A stretch of 59,601 bases of DNA, taken from Hydrolagus affinis (lineage: Eukaryota). Below the pieces are notes generated by a model. That model did not search any database. It saw only the letters and a list, made by a program, of their open reading frames with translations, and was not told the DNA's origin. This document shows, piece by piece, positions 51,401 to 59,601 of the stretch; within the stretch, counting starts at the first letter, position 1; every line of letters begins with the position of its first letter. The position numbers were made by a program, and so were the translations under genes. The stretch is taken from assembly GCA_012026655.1 (NCBI GenBank), contig JAAILG010001955.1:1-59601 (forward strand), in the 5' to 3' direction.

Positions 51401-51768
51401 AAGAGCAAATTAAACTATCATCATGAAAGCCCAATTCCTGAAATTGGTGATGTTATTTGCCTATTTTTAGACTATATTATTTCCTATCTAATTTGTTTTC
51501 CCATGTGTGTTTTTTTGAAAAGATTAAAAGACTGAGGTGCAGATTTCTTTAGTGCTATCCAAACTTAATGTAAACTTTGCTCTGTTTGAGTATCAATTCA
51601 GAATGAAGCCCCAATAAAGTATCTTGTTGTCTGAAGCATCCAGTGTGCACACATTGTTATGTGCTACCTGTTCTGTGCATCTGTCTTCTCCAGCTTTTCC
51701 TGAAGCTGCAGCCAATCTATTAACGCTTTGAAATCTCGAACATAGTTATCCAGCATCATCAGCACCTC
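10033..51768 (-). CDS. SCAPER: SCAPER, partial: 18 internal coding exons, 831 codons; both ends of the gene lie outside the traced span
   Basis: Spliced translation matches vertebrate SCAPER as recalled (EVLMMLDNYVRDFKALIDW, RRSLNF, ERKDAEGWETV, NEEAIANAIAEEEQLTREI, ERKRALEAERQARVEELL, CSLCNVLITSEVHLFSHIKGKKH, WANNKVSSLDRTLGEI). All introns are GT-AG, phases match, and the exon lengths sum to 2493 nt. Confidence 0.97.
10545..11160 (-). mobile_element. CR1 LINE 3' end (RT C-terminus and 3' UTR)
   Basis: ORF 10543-10842 reads RTGGHSLRLEAKLFHSEIRKHFFTPQVVGVWNSLP. Upstream sequence encodes a LVRPHLEYYVQ-like motif. Confidence 0.92.
13270..13518 (-). mobile_element. Degenerate L2 LINE 3' end
   Basis: gagggagttccagaaggtggg...gtgactgaaggctt matches 15710-15750; ends in an L2-type tail. 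Confidence 0.7.
13545..13610 (-). CDS. SCAPER: SCAPER exon, 66 nt (GKEYETSLDAKIQIPDSPFKA-K)
   Basis: Acceptor tttttcag|G, donor AA|gtaagt; resembles human AKEYESLMETKNSGSDSPYKAK. Confidence 0.93.
14888..15018 (+). mobile_element. SINE 3' fragment
   Basis: Shared SINE body and tail. Confidence 0.8.
15481..15952 (-). mobile_element. L2 LINE 3' end with (TTG)n tail
   Basis: Minus strand encodes LHWLPITQRIQFKILVLTFKTIHDLAPPYLCDLL and ends ccttgggacatcctcctgacatgaaaggcgctatacaagtgtaattttgttgttg. Confidence 0.9.
15962..16046 (+). mobile_element. CR1-type 3' tail fragment
   Basis: ggatagctctttcaaagaaccggcaggcacgat...tccttctgtgctgtaggattctatgat. Confidence 0.65.
17497..17592 (+). mobile_element. 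SINE 3' fragment
   Basis: tttcacccacaaaatgtagtcaattcactttatagtgcattctgagaag. Confidence 0.75.
21460..21545. repeat. Compound (GT)n/(GA)n/poly-G microsatellite
   Basis: Visible directly in the sequence. Confidence 0.9.
22127..22263 (-). CDS. SCAPER: SCAPER exon, 137 nt (EHLSCKKYIVDIVTESCILTEPVKDGEEKQKTKKKAKKLRARMNS-R)
   Basis: Acceptor tcattag|GAA, donor CG|gtaata. Confidence 0.95.
23581..23790 (-). mobile_element. SINE, 5'-truncated short form
   Basis: Reverse complement of the shared SINE body, up to ttgggcaagtttccttactccacacgcctgataataat. Confidence 0.88.
24355..24500 (+). mobile_element. Diverged SINE 3' fragment
   Basis: gtttgtggcatctttctatgcacaaactagttgctg...aaatgcaaggattattatt. Confidence 0.7.
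27575..27934 (+). mobile_element. Complete non-autonomous hAT-type DNA transposon (MITE), 360 bp
   Basis: TIRs tagtgtccggcgatat and atatccccggacacga (14/16 match); perfect 8-bp TSD ggttatgg at 27567-27574 and 27935-27942; many cgatat/atatcg subterminal repeats. Confidence 0.92.
28015..28072. repeat. Short tandem repeat, four copies of gccactcttg
   Basis: gaacgccactcttgtgct gaacgccactcttgt gccactcttgt gaacgccactcttg. Confidence 0.9.
28217..28470 (-). mobile_element. Deu-domain SINE (SacSINE1/AmnSINE1-like) fragment
   Basis: Minus strand reads caggtggatattaaagatcccatggcattgtttgaaaagagaaatggggtttctcctggtgtcctggtcaac, matching the DeuSINE core as recalled, followed by the shared tail. Confidence 0.8.
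29563..29660 (-). mobile_element. SINE 3' fragment
   Basis: aataatccttgcatttcatataatgc...atactgtaaagtgaattg. Confidence 0.8.
29740..29900 (-). mobile_element. Degenerate L2 LINE fragment
   Basis: tagtggctgaaagtacggcagccgatggtgg...aggtcagagagatag aligns by eye with 15730-15880. Confidence 0.6.
31287..31394 (-). CDS. SCAPER: SCAPER exon, 108 nt (ITSEVHLFSHIKGKKHQQAVRENSSIQGRELSDEEV), second half of the C2H2 finger
   Basis: Acceptor tttcgaag|ATC, donor GTG|gtaagt. Confidence 0.96.
31670..31961 (-). mobile_element. Near full-length SINE, short form
   Basis: Head tgtagctcagtggttagagcgcttgcc, body and (TTA)n tail on the minus strand. Confidence 0.9.
32200..32510 (+). mobile_element. Old, highly diverged Deu-domain SINE
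   Basis: gtgcaatcctgggggagtactgtattgtcaggg...gtcttttgataagatgttaa...gtgaacattaaagatcctgtagtactg follows the DeuSINE layout. Confidence 0.65.
33062..33214 (-). CDS. SCAPER: SCAPER exon, 153 nt (HDESSRRHMEQMEQRKEKAAELSSGRHANTDFAPKLTPYERKKHCSLCNVL), first half of the C2H2 finger
   Basis: Acceptor attcag|CAC, donor CTG|gtaagt. Confidence 0.97.
33406..33487 (-). CDS. SCAPER: SCAPER exon, 82 nt (DREERLAALSAAQQEAMEELQKKIQLK)
   Basis: Acceptor tgacag|G, donor AAG|gtctga. Confidence 0.96.
33823..33965 (-). CDS. SCAPER: SCAPER exon, 143 nt (ERKRALEAERQARVEELLLRRREQEARIEQQRQEKEKAREDAARERA-R)
   Basis: Acceptor tggcag|GAG, donor AG|gtctgt. Confidence 0.96.
34835..34990 (-). CDS. SCAPER: SCAPER exon, 156 nt (VNEIAFINTLEAQNKRHDVLAKLKEYEQRLNELQEERHRRQEEKQARDEAVQ)
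   Basis: Acceptor ccctcag|GTT, donor CAG|gttcga. Confidence 0.96.
35305..35402 (+). mobile_element. SINE 3' fragment
   Basis: aaaatacacagtca...attctgtaaagcactttgagacatc...atgcaagaattat. Confidence 0.7.
35662..35802 (-). CDS. SCAPER: SCAPER exon, 141 nt (EKEVRKWKEELLEQRRRMMEEKLLHAELKRELQLQAIVKKAQEEEAK)
   Basis: Acceptor gattttag|GAG, donor AAG|gtgtgg. Confidence 0.96.
36082..36295. mobile_element. Penelope-like terminal-repeat remnant
   Basis: aaaatactgcagatcctggaaatctgaaacaaaaccagaaa...cagcaggtcaggcagcatc...gtttcgggtc resembles a common chondrichthyan repeat recalled as Penelope-derived; the opposite arm remnant cagttctgacaaatggtc follows. Confidence 0.6.
36878..36989 (-). CDS. SCAPER: SCAPER exon, 112 nt (TIAESKRKHEEKQLKAQQLREKLREEQTLKLQKLLER)
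   Basis: Acceptor cctgcag|G, donor CGG|gtaaga. Confidence 0.96.
37416..37533 (-). CDS. SCAPER: SCAPER exon, 118 nt (AREPWRQSTSWGDIVEEEPARPPGHAIQMHEKLSSPSRK)
   Basis: Acceptor ctccgcag|CA; weak donor AT|gtgatt; phase 1 to 2. Confidence 0.92.
38736..38795. repeat. 30-bp tandem duplication (one mismatch)
   Basis: gtgattgtctctttcatgacattagactat followed by gtgattgtctctttcatgacattagaatat. Confidence 0.95.
39178..39268 (-). CDS. SCAPER: SCAPER exon, 91 nt (ASMVSGNLTRYGLSSLSQNLDWNDVLAEYE)
   Basis: Acceptor cttgcag|GCC, donor G|gtatga; phase 0 to 1. Confidence 0.95.
39372..39545 (-). CDS. SCAPER: SCAPER exon, 174 nt (QSMAAVLAKGEELANRLEQENEEAIANAIAEEEQLTREIQAEENNDINLETDAENEFS)
   Basis: Acceptor cccccag|CAA, donor TCC|gtgagt. 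Confidence 0.96.
40835..40915 (+). mobile_element. SINE 3' fragment
   Basis: cagtatattctgtgaagcactttgaga...tatatcaaatgaaaggattatt. Confidence 0.8.
41515..41632 (+). mobile_element. SINE 3' fragment
   Basis: gtttcgcccacataatatacagtcaattcac...aaatgcaaggattattatc. Confidence 0.88.
43420..43644 (-). CDS. SCAPER: SCAPER exon, 225 nt, poorly conserved acidic linker (HTENTSVDVAQPDN...EVDLSNELSN)
   Basis: Acceptor cattag|CAC, donor AAC|gtgagt; phase 0 to 0. The ending resembles human EMDPSDISN. Confidence 0.85.
45950..46160 (-). mobile_element. SINE 5' part, long form
   Basis: Minus strand: tgtagcttagtgattagagcatttgtctcgtaag...ctgtttacctagcactaagcagg...gatcgcttttt, as in the 6706 copy. Confidence 0.85.
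46352..46614 (-). CDS. SCAPER: SCAPER exon, about 263 nt (ERKDAEGWETVHRGRPARPRSATMV...DSLADSLK)
   Basis: Acceptor ggacag|AA. The donor AAG|gtacag gives phase 0, matching the next exon. The frame stays open to 46211, so the donor position is less certain than the acceptor. Confidence 0.85.
46634..46745 (-). mobile_element. SINE 3' fragment immediately upstream of a SCAPER acceptor
   Basis: Shared SINE tail ending about 20 nt before the exon start at 46614. Confidence 0.88.
49386..49549 (-). CDS. SCAPER: SCAPER exon, 164 nt (PPPPVLAVARLAPTGASWADKVKANR...QTI)
   Basis: Acceptor tatttag|G, donor G|gtgagt; conserved RLAPTGxSWADKVKA; phase 2 to 1. Confidence 0.93.
51100..51231 (-). CDS. SCAPER: SCAPER exon, 132 nt (PTSLAWEVRKMSPGRHVMPSPPTDRIGPTSNARRSLNFVVSNT), contains the RxL cyclin A-binding motif
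   Basis: Acceptor ttgttgcag|A, donor AT|gtaagg; phase 2 to 2. RRSLNF is encoded at 51134-51117. Confidence 0.92.
51668..51768 (-). CDS. SCAPER: SCAPER exon, 101 nt (EVLMMLDNYVRDFKALIDWLQLQEKLEKTDAQN-R)
   Basis: Acceptor ttttttttag|GAG, donor AG|gtagca; phase 0 to 2. Confidence 0.95.
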
Positions 51769-53503
51769 CTAAAAAAAATCACCAAGCAGACAGGTTAACA
51801 GTTGAGCTGCTTATAGTTCCCTCCACCATGCTCAAATATAATATAAAAGCTAATAACACAAAATCCTTTTTGGTCAGGTATCAATTGCAGGGCTGGGGGG
51901 AGAAGGGGAATGGGAAGGAAAGGGGAAAGAAGAAAAATAAATATCTAAAGTATCTAAATGAACATAATAAAAAGATAGCTTATTCTGATGCTTTATTTTA
52001 AATGGAGACGCCTGACAAATGCCCTACTATATGTTTACTTTTGATACCAACCTGCATTGAGTTTACAATCAGTGAATGACGGCTCTTGTTAAGGACATCT
52101 GGATTTGCTCTGGATTTCTGGTTTACAGCCAGCACCTCTTTCAACACAAAACCACAGCGCTGACAAACACAATGGCTGCAAACTACGTCAGCTTCAGCAA
52201 GTTGAATGCAAGCCAAAATAAATCATTTTTAATCTTTGTAAATGACCAGCCAATTTTCATACACAAACGCAAGGCAAAGCAAGCATACAGAGCGATGCAC
52301 TGTACACAATGTAACACGACCACAGAGACACAAAGAAAACCAATAGTATAAATCTTAGATTAATTATTAATCAAAGAAAGAGAAAACACAATTTGATATG
52401 GATTGTTTTAAAAAGTAGTTATTGATAATTTTACAACAGGCAGTAAAGTTATCAATAATGGCATTTTCCACTTCAGGTACCGAAAGCATTCAGTGAAACT
52501 CTCTATGGTAGCCAATGTTGATAAATTGTAATAGATGCCAAAGAATTTCTATACCTTGTACCAAAAACATTACATGAGCAATATATCAATATATGCAAAC
52601 GTACTGCTGAGTGCTCGATCCCCCCTAGATGATAGGACAAAAAGCCTGACCACAACATATCTGGGTAGTGCAACATTTAGAAAGAATGAGAATATTCATA
52701 AACCATAATGTTTATCGATATGGTGGGTAACTTTTCAAATGTTTACTGTACATTAGGGAGGAGATGAAACAGAATGTTACAATACAGAAACAATCCATTA
52801 ATTCTGCACTGAAGGTTTTATTAAATGTGTTGCCTTTTAATCTCTCCCTCCAACACACGGCATCTTAATACCCTATAATATTCCTCTTTGTCAAACATAA
52901 ATACATTTCCTCAAGTTAACAAGAGCTGGTGTACAGAAAGACATTACTACTTTTCTCAGCCTCAATTCCCTCTCAAATCCATCCAGTAAGCTTCTAGGCT
53001 TAACCAGATTGTGAAGATACCAGCATCTATTCGAAGGTAAGCAAAAACGTGGTCAGATTTTCTCTGCCCCCACCACCCCAGAAAATAATTACATTCCACA
53101 GGTTTTAAAATTAAAAATACCAATAGTGCTGCGAAAGTTTTATTTTCCTGGGATAGTAGATAATAAATCTATTCCCCGAAACATTCCTGTGAACAGATTA
53201 TTTTATAGTGGTGACTTTGTGGGATATAAGACCCAAGGAGGCAGTGCAGGCAGATTGTGTTAAATAGCTACTTGTCAAATAATGAGCAAGATTGTGTAGG
53301 ATTCTTTTTCTTATTAATTTACGCTTAAAGTTGGACCAAGGAGATGGACTGCAGTGTTTTTCTTCAGCTCCTGCAAATTACTCTGCAACACTGAAATAAG
53401 TGGCTACAAAGGCATGCTGATTAGACCTGCTTCTACACCAAAGCTAGCAGTGCTTTAATACTGTTATCTGCTCTGATCACAGGCAACTCCAAGCACCCGT
53501 AAC

Positions 53504-53795
53504 CTGAGGCTTGTTCCGCGCACACCGGAACACAAACAAGACAAGCAGCTGGAGAGGCCCCCGGGCTCAGTGGTCCGCATCTCTTTCCCTCACAGCGATG
53601 AAGGCCATTTTGTCAGGCAGGATAGAGGAGAACAAAAGTGGCTCTGAAAACACCGTTGCAGACAGGCCGATAACAAAGTATAGATGTACAGCTAAAATTA
53701 CCAATTAGTTTACCAATTGGCTGCAACGGATTCGATTGGTTTGTAATTAATTCTAGTTACTGGCGCACATAGCAGGACAGTTGGCGCCAACCCTT
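53504..53795 (-). promoter_or_regulatory. Candidate internal promoter and alternative first exon
   Basis: Local CpG retention; CCAAT/ATTGG at 53701, 53713, 53716 and 53735; palindromic gttggcgccaac at 53780-53791; caaaatggc at 53612-53604; donor CAG|gttacg at 53504/53503. Confidence 0.4.
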
Positions 53796-55626
53796 TGTCC
53801 TACTGACATACAATACTAGTGCACAAGACCCAAGGGTCCCGGACATCAATACCTCTCTCTGCCTCACCTACAGCAGCCTCTGCAGAAGATATACCCTGTG
53901 GTGCTGAAACAGTGAAACATTCTGCTGATGAGAACACGCTGACAAGAAAGGAACCTTTATGGGCTGAGCTGTGGGTAAGAGCAAAGCTTCATACCAAAAA
54001 TAAAACTCCAGTGGATTGTGAGACAGGTTTTTTTTATGTATGAAGGGGGATTTATTTTCTGAAGGTCAAGCCTGCCATACAGAAGCCATGCTGTAAAGCA
54101 ACATTCAGAGAAATTATCATCCATTCCATTAGCACAATCTGTGCCATAGAAAAGTGAGTGTTTCTTTTCTTTGGAAATGAACTGCGACATGAAGAGAAAC
54201 AGCAGCTTCATTCATTAAAACAAAGTACAGAACAAGTAGCACATACTAAGATTCCCATGAGGTGGCGCAACACAAGATGCAGGTATGGTTCCCTTTGTAC
54301 TCAGGAGTAGAAGCATGCGATAATGAATTGCTTTCTCTGCCAACAAAATGTTTTTTTTAAAAGGCAAAGCAATAATCTACAGTAATTTATAATGTGTATA
54401 TATATACACATTTTAAAAAGTTTTCTTTTTGAGATAGTTAATTAAAACCAGTGGTCTTCAAAGCTTTCCCCTTATAAGTAAATAATTACCAATAGATAAT
54501 GATATATAGAGCAACAGCTTCCCTCGGAGGGTGTCACATCATCACCAGAGGGTCTAGATGTGAAATAAGAGAAGACAGGTGGCTGGTCATGATGTACAAG
54601 GCTGCAGTTCAATTGTGTTCTACAAATGCCGCTTTTCTAATGCCATCACAGGCAATTCAAAACATATTTTTGATTTCCTGCCACTGGATTTCACAGAAAT
54701 ATTTCTGGAGCTAGATTTCTCAGTGGTTCTACATAGCAGAAATTAGACTCCTTAACAATGCTGAGAGATAGCAGTCAGACCCAATGAAGTTTGGTGCAAT
54801 GTCCCAGGATCTCTAAGAATATTATACTCTCAAATTAGCAGACACAAAATTTGAACATCACTTTAAATAATCATTTTTAACTGAGCAAGTAACATTCCAA
54901 CAGGACTTAGGTAATTCGGAGCAGTTGTGTCCAGTTAGCCATGCAGAGTACTGAGCCCTGAACATCCTACCACTATAGCCAAAGGAAGAAAAGCATCATT
55001 TAAAACAAACAAACAAATCTTACATTTATTAAGCGCCTTTCACGTCGAGAGGACGTCCCAAAACTAATCATTCTAAAATTTGTTCAAAGAGGGAGAATTA
55101 CTTTTCAAAATAGGTGCAGGTCAGCGACTTTCTGTCACATATCTGGTCATTTAGATAGTCAATAAACAATTGTAAGGTTACCCTACAAACCAATAAAATA
55201 AATGCAGAATTTAAACATTTTATTTTCTTACACTCTTAGTCTATAATAAACTATTCCATGATTTATTCTATACAGATGTGTAATTTCCACTATATCAACT
55301 TTCCACTATGTCCACTATGACTTTGTCTGAATATTTTTAGCATGTCTGTCCATTTCATTGATGTTTCACTTTACAAGTTCAGACTGATCATTTGTGGGGA
55401 CAGTAAGTAAACAAAAGTGTAATTGGAACACCAGTGCTCATCATTCGCACTTGGTCTTTGCCTAGATGGAAGGGCCAGAGATAGAAAGAACTGCTGCCAA
55501 AGACACAATGATCTGGTTGATATCAAATGTTTCCCATGCTACTGATCGATTTATAAAACCTTGGGGGTAACTAGGTCACGTGGAAGAAACAGCAACGACT
55601 TCCCGAAGGTTGTCATTCTCACTCAC

Positions 55627-55750
55627 CGTTGGTTCCATTAGCCACGAGCTTCAAACTGGACCTCAGGAGATCCATTTTGTGGTTTTAAATACGTGAATTT
55701 TGAGCCATTAGGGAAAGCTCCTTCCCTGCAGCCTAAGGCACTGTCCAGAG
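55627..55750 (-). other. Candidate 124-nt non-coding or poison cassette exon
   Basis: Acceptor cccttttctacattttgcctcccag| and donor ACG|gtgagt; stops in all three frames. Confidence 0.4.
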
Positions 55751-56294
55751 CTGGGAGGCAAAATGTAGAAAAGGGATGATCCTCTTACACACGTTGCTGT
55801 CTACATTCTAACCGCAATCCTCCCATCTGCGCTTTCAACCGCAACCAGGCACCAGAGCCTTTGGCATGTCAACTAAACGTACAACATTACATGGAATGAC
55901 AGAATTACACCATAAATCAATAATAATACAGACCATCTACTATTAAAATGTAAAATCACTGTGTATCAAACAAAATAAAACAAAAACACAAAGGATCATT
56001 ATTACATCCCAGCATACTACAACATCCTTCCAGCTTCCTTTTATTGTTTTACGAACAAAATAGTAAGAAGCTGCAGCTCCCAGTAGAAGACGCAATGTGA
56101 TCTGAAACAGTTTAGATATTTCTTCTCCCTCAAATTAGTCACATAGAACAACCAGCAAATGACAAGAGCTTAAATCTGGCCGGATGTTCAGCAGCTTTCA
56201 GCCTGCAATGGATATTATATCAAATGCAAGGATTATTATACAGATGAGCTGTTTTCACACTGCCTTCTTCACATATAAGATTTAGATTTGTCTT

Positions 56295-56420
56295 GAAATC
56301 AGCTGATAGCACTCTAGGCTCTGGGTCAGAAGGAAGTGTGGATTCAAGCCCAGTTTAGGCTCAGAATTTATAGTGCAGTTCTGCACTGCTGAGGGTCCCA
56401 TCTTTCAGATGAGATGTTCA
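56295..56420 (+). mobile_element. Deu-domain SINE 5' fragment
   Basis: tagcactctaggctctgggtcagaagg...ggattcaagccc...gtgcagt...catctttcagatgagatgtt. Confidence 0.6.
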
Positions 56421-56591
56421 AATAGGGAGAATTCCAAAAAAGTCAAAATACTCGATTTACTTAGCATTTGTGCACAACCAGAATTTTGAAATTTCTTAAA
56501 TAGTTTTAATTTTGAAATCTTTTTCTATTGGTTCTTTGATGAGCTACAGAAAACAATTAAGACAATTTGCCAAATCTCTGGACACTCTAAA

Positions 56592-56910
56592 CAATAATAA
56601 TAATCCTTGCTTTTGATATAGCCCTTTCACGTCTTATCGATATCTCAAAGCGCTCCACAGAATATAATGTATAGTGAATTGACTATATTTTGTGGGCGAA
56701 ACACGGCAGCCAATTGCGCACAGCAGTGTCCCATAAACAGTTATGGATTGAAATGACCATTTTTATTTTTGTGTATTTTGGGGACGGATTATTATTAGGC
56801 GTGTGGAGTAAGAAAACTTGCTCAAGGTTTCGCCATCATCTACTTGGATTCAAACACAGGTCTCACTTTTGTAAGGTGAGTGCTCTAACCACTGAGGTAT
56901 GGGAGCTACA
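56592..56910 (-). mobile_element. Full-length SINE, short form
   Basis: Head (with a short insertion in the A box), body and tail on the minus strand. Confidence 0.9.
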
Positions 56911-59094
56911 GAATCCTAGCCTAGAGCTCAGGAGAATGTAATCTAAGTAAGAATAAATCTAGCCTTCCTTACTCCTAGTAGTCCAGGAAAATGTTTGCCA
57001 CTGGCCATGTGTGGTGATTTGGGAATCCAGATGTGGTGAAATTGCATTTTTTATTTTAAATTTTTTAAATGAGTGACAGACACCGACGGTTGGGCACGTG
57101 ATCACAATAATCATATTCACACAGCACATGCATGTGTACTTTGACTTTTTTGTGCATTTGTTGGTAAAAATGGTAAGGCGAAAAGCAGTGTGTGTAAGAT
57201 AACGGCTTATTTCATCATTCTCCACTAACCAAGTACTGTACTAACAATTTACAAGTGCCATGCAAATTGGAGTAAAAGCCACCCAGAGGTTCTTAGCCAT
57301 TCTCATCCGAAGTAAGAGTACTATGGTTTACCAGCATTTCATTGTGTTACTGAACTGTTTTCCCTTTTAATTTTGCCTTGTTTTATTTATAAAATAACAC
57401 AAAACCAAAACCAAATGGGTATTGAACCCATTTTCCATTACACCCTTAGGCAGATAGCTCCAGTCCTGTTCTGCCTGAAATACCCAACAGCACTCATGAA
57501 GGCAATCACCATATATGGACATCTGCAATGAATTTTGTTTATTTTAAAAAGAGACAGATGAACTTATTAGATATGAAATGTGCACAGTTATGCTCCTCTG
57601 AGCACAGTGAGTTCTGTAAGTATCATAGCTAGTTTTATTTGCTCTCTGACTAGCTCCACAATATAGAAATGTCATACAGCACATGACCCAGTGGATCACC
57701 ATGAAACAAGTTTTACCTTGAAGCCCCACAATCCTGAACCTAGGCTTTATGAACCAAGAAATAAATTGATTCATAAATAATTATTCTTTAATCATTAAAG
57801 AAAATACCGACATTCCTATTGTATATAACCCAGAATATGTTGTATTTCCTGCAAGCAAAGCATTTCCTTACTGGAATGCCTGGTTGCTTGTAATCTAAGT
57901 AACTCATATCCTAAGAAAACTGAAGAATTCACATCTACTAATTGACTCAATACATTCAGTTACATCTCCATGAAATGCAGTGCACCTTGCCAGGGGCTAG
58001 TGTCAGAACACTAATCTTCTTACAAATTGCACTGTATTTAGAGCGATTAATGTGCTGTAACCAAAGGAGACATACAACCAACAATTTAAATTTAATATTT
58101 AATCCAAACTAACATAATTATGATTACCTCAGACATCAGGACTACAGTTAGCTTCTGATAGAATTTGAATTAACTACTTTCATTGATTTTGGCAAGGCAG
58201 GGAAAAGCTTCCTTGTCTTGATAAAGTAGTAAACCATCAAGTTCAATCCACTGTCCGAAATTAAAGCTGGGAAACGTGTTGTGACACAAGAATTTTATTC
58301 TTGCTTTTTCTCTTTGTATTTCAACAATCGTACATTACCTTAGCACAGTGGTTAGCTTCACCAATCTGGGAGATTATGTACTCTGCCTTGTGTGATATAA
58401 ATACTGTATCAAAATTTCTATTACAACTTACTCAGAGACAGCGAAGCACCTGCTTTCAATCTGTCACAATGTACAGACTTTTCAGGCTCATGTTGTATCT
58501 TTACTGCAACTAAAAGTGCTGGAAGTGAGGTGACTCTAAGAATGAAGTTAATTTGCAGAATTTCACAAACCAGTGTTAGCTTTATAAGAGAGAACAGGTT
58601 TCTTCCTTTTAATCTCTAGTCTTGCTTGCAGATTTTTTTTTAAAACGATACCCTGAAGCACTAAATTAACTTGCTTAAATAACTACTGTAGCTTGTTTAA
58701 AGCTACCTGAAATCGATATTAATTCCCCCCACTTCTCCTGTTCATTTTGTAGTTAAACTCTACAAGCATTTGCTCATAACTTACAGCTGCAAGTCCTAGT
58801 TGCTCTTTATGGAATCCTCTCCAATGCTTTAAAGATTACAAATTGTGGGGTAAAATTTTACAATTCCTTAAAGTGTTCTCAATCTTAAAGCCCTCTGAGC
58901 TGATCAGTTTAGGAGAGGGTAGATTTCTAACCTCCTGGACATATTACATCAGCCCTGAGAAAGCAATGTTGAACCAATAATACCTAAGCCTATCATGGTA
59001 CCAAAGGTTTGCGAAAATCACTTGCCTCAAGTTCATACTAAAATGTCCTTGTTGTCTATAAAACAGTGGGCTCCCAAATAAAATTGGTCACTCA

Positions 59095-59235
59095 CTTCAT
59101 GGCTGTTTGTCGGACTTTTTTATATGCAAACTAGCTGTCATGTTAACCCACCAAATACAGTCAATCCACTTAACAGTGTATCCCGTGAAACACTTTGAGA
59201 TTCCCATCTAATGTGAAAGATGTTATACCATATGC
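59095..59235 (+). mobile_element. Diverged SINE 3' fragment
   Basis: caaatacagtcaatccacttaacagtgtatcccgtgaaacactttgaga...gtgaaagatgttata. Confidence 0.75.
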
Positions 59236-59601
59236 AACAAGTATAATAAAATGGTGAGGCTGGTTATCCTGAGAGGAACAAATCACTTACCTGGCGAGGA
59301 GCTCCACCTATTGGTGTTGCTTAAAGCATCCTTAAATAAGTTAAAGGCACTAAGAATTACTTACTGTACATTTACCCTGATATTTCAATGTGGTTTCATC
59401 AGTGATCTATGCAAGACTAGAATAATTTATTATACTTAGAAGTTAAATGCAATCAGGCATTTCATTAGATTCATTGATAGCAGCTTATTCTTTTTCCTCT
59501 AAAATAATTCAGTGGATCACACACTTTCTCTCCACCACTGTCAAATATCATCCCTTCATTTTAAACACAGTTACAGTTACTTAAAATAAGATTTCACCCC
59601 C

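Noticed and set aside
51769-59601. Expected upstream SCAPER exon (ARYWAFLFDNLRRAVDEIYVTCE)
   Set aside because: Not found by eye; presumed to lie beyond the right edge. Likewise the next downstream exon was not found in 1-10032.

Overview
Eukaryotic (vertebrate) genomic DNA, AT-rich and CpG-depleted. The repeat content suggests a cartilaginous fish, probably a chimaera or elephant-shark-like holocephalan (inference). The window lies inside one minus-strand gene, SCAPER (S-phase cyclin A-associated protein in the ER). I traced 18 consecutive GT-AG coding exons from 51768 down to 10033, totalling 2493 nt (831 codons) with consistent phases. They cover EVLMMLDNY...ILEKQ and include the RxL cyclin-binding motif, the coiled coil and the C2H2 zinc finger. 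The first and last SCAPER exons were not found in the window. The introns hold a tRNA-headed SINE family (long and short forms), older Deu-domain SINEs, L2 and CR1 LINE 3' fragments, a Penelope-like remnant and a CpG-rich hAT-type MITE with an 8-bp TSD. Almost all ORFs in the supplied track are spurious or repeat-derived. I see no convincing novel multi-gene system. The best leads are a candidate internal CCAAT/E2F/YY1 promoter with a first-exon donor (about 53.5-53.8 kb), a candidate 124-nt poison or UTR exon (55627-55750), a candidate 67-nt cassette exon (45744-45810), an unclassified two-copy repeat (9.2 kb and 48.9 kb), and a set of uniformly short L2-tail insertions. Comparisons with human SCAPER and with repeat families are from memory, not from searches.
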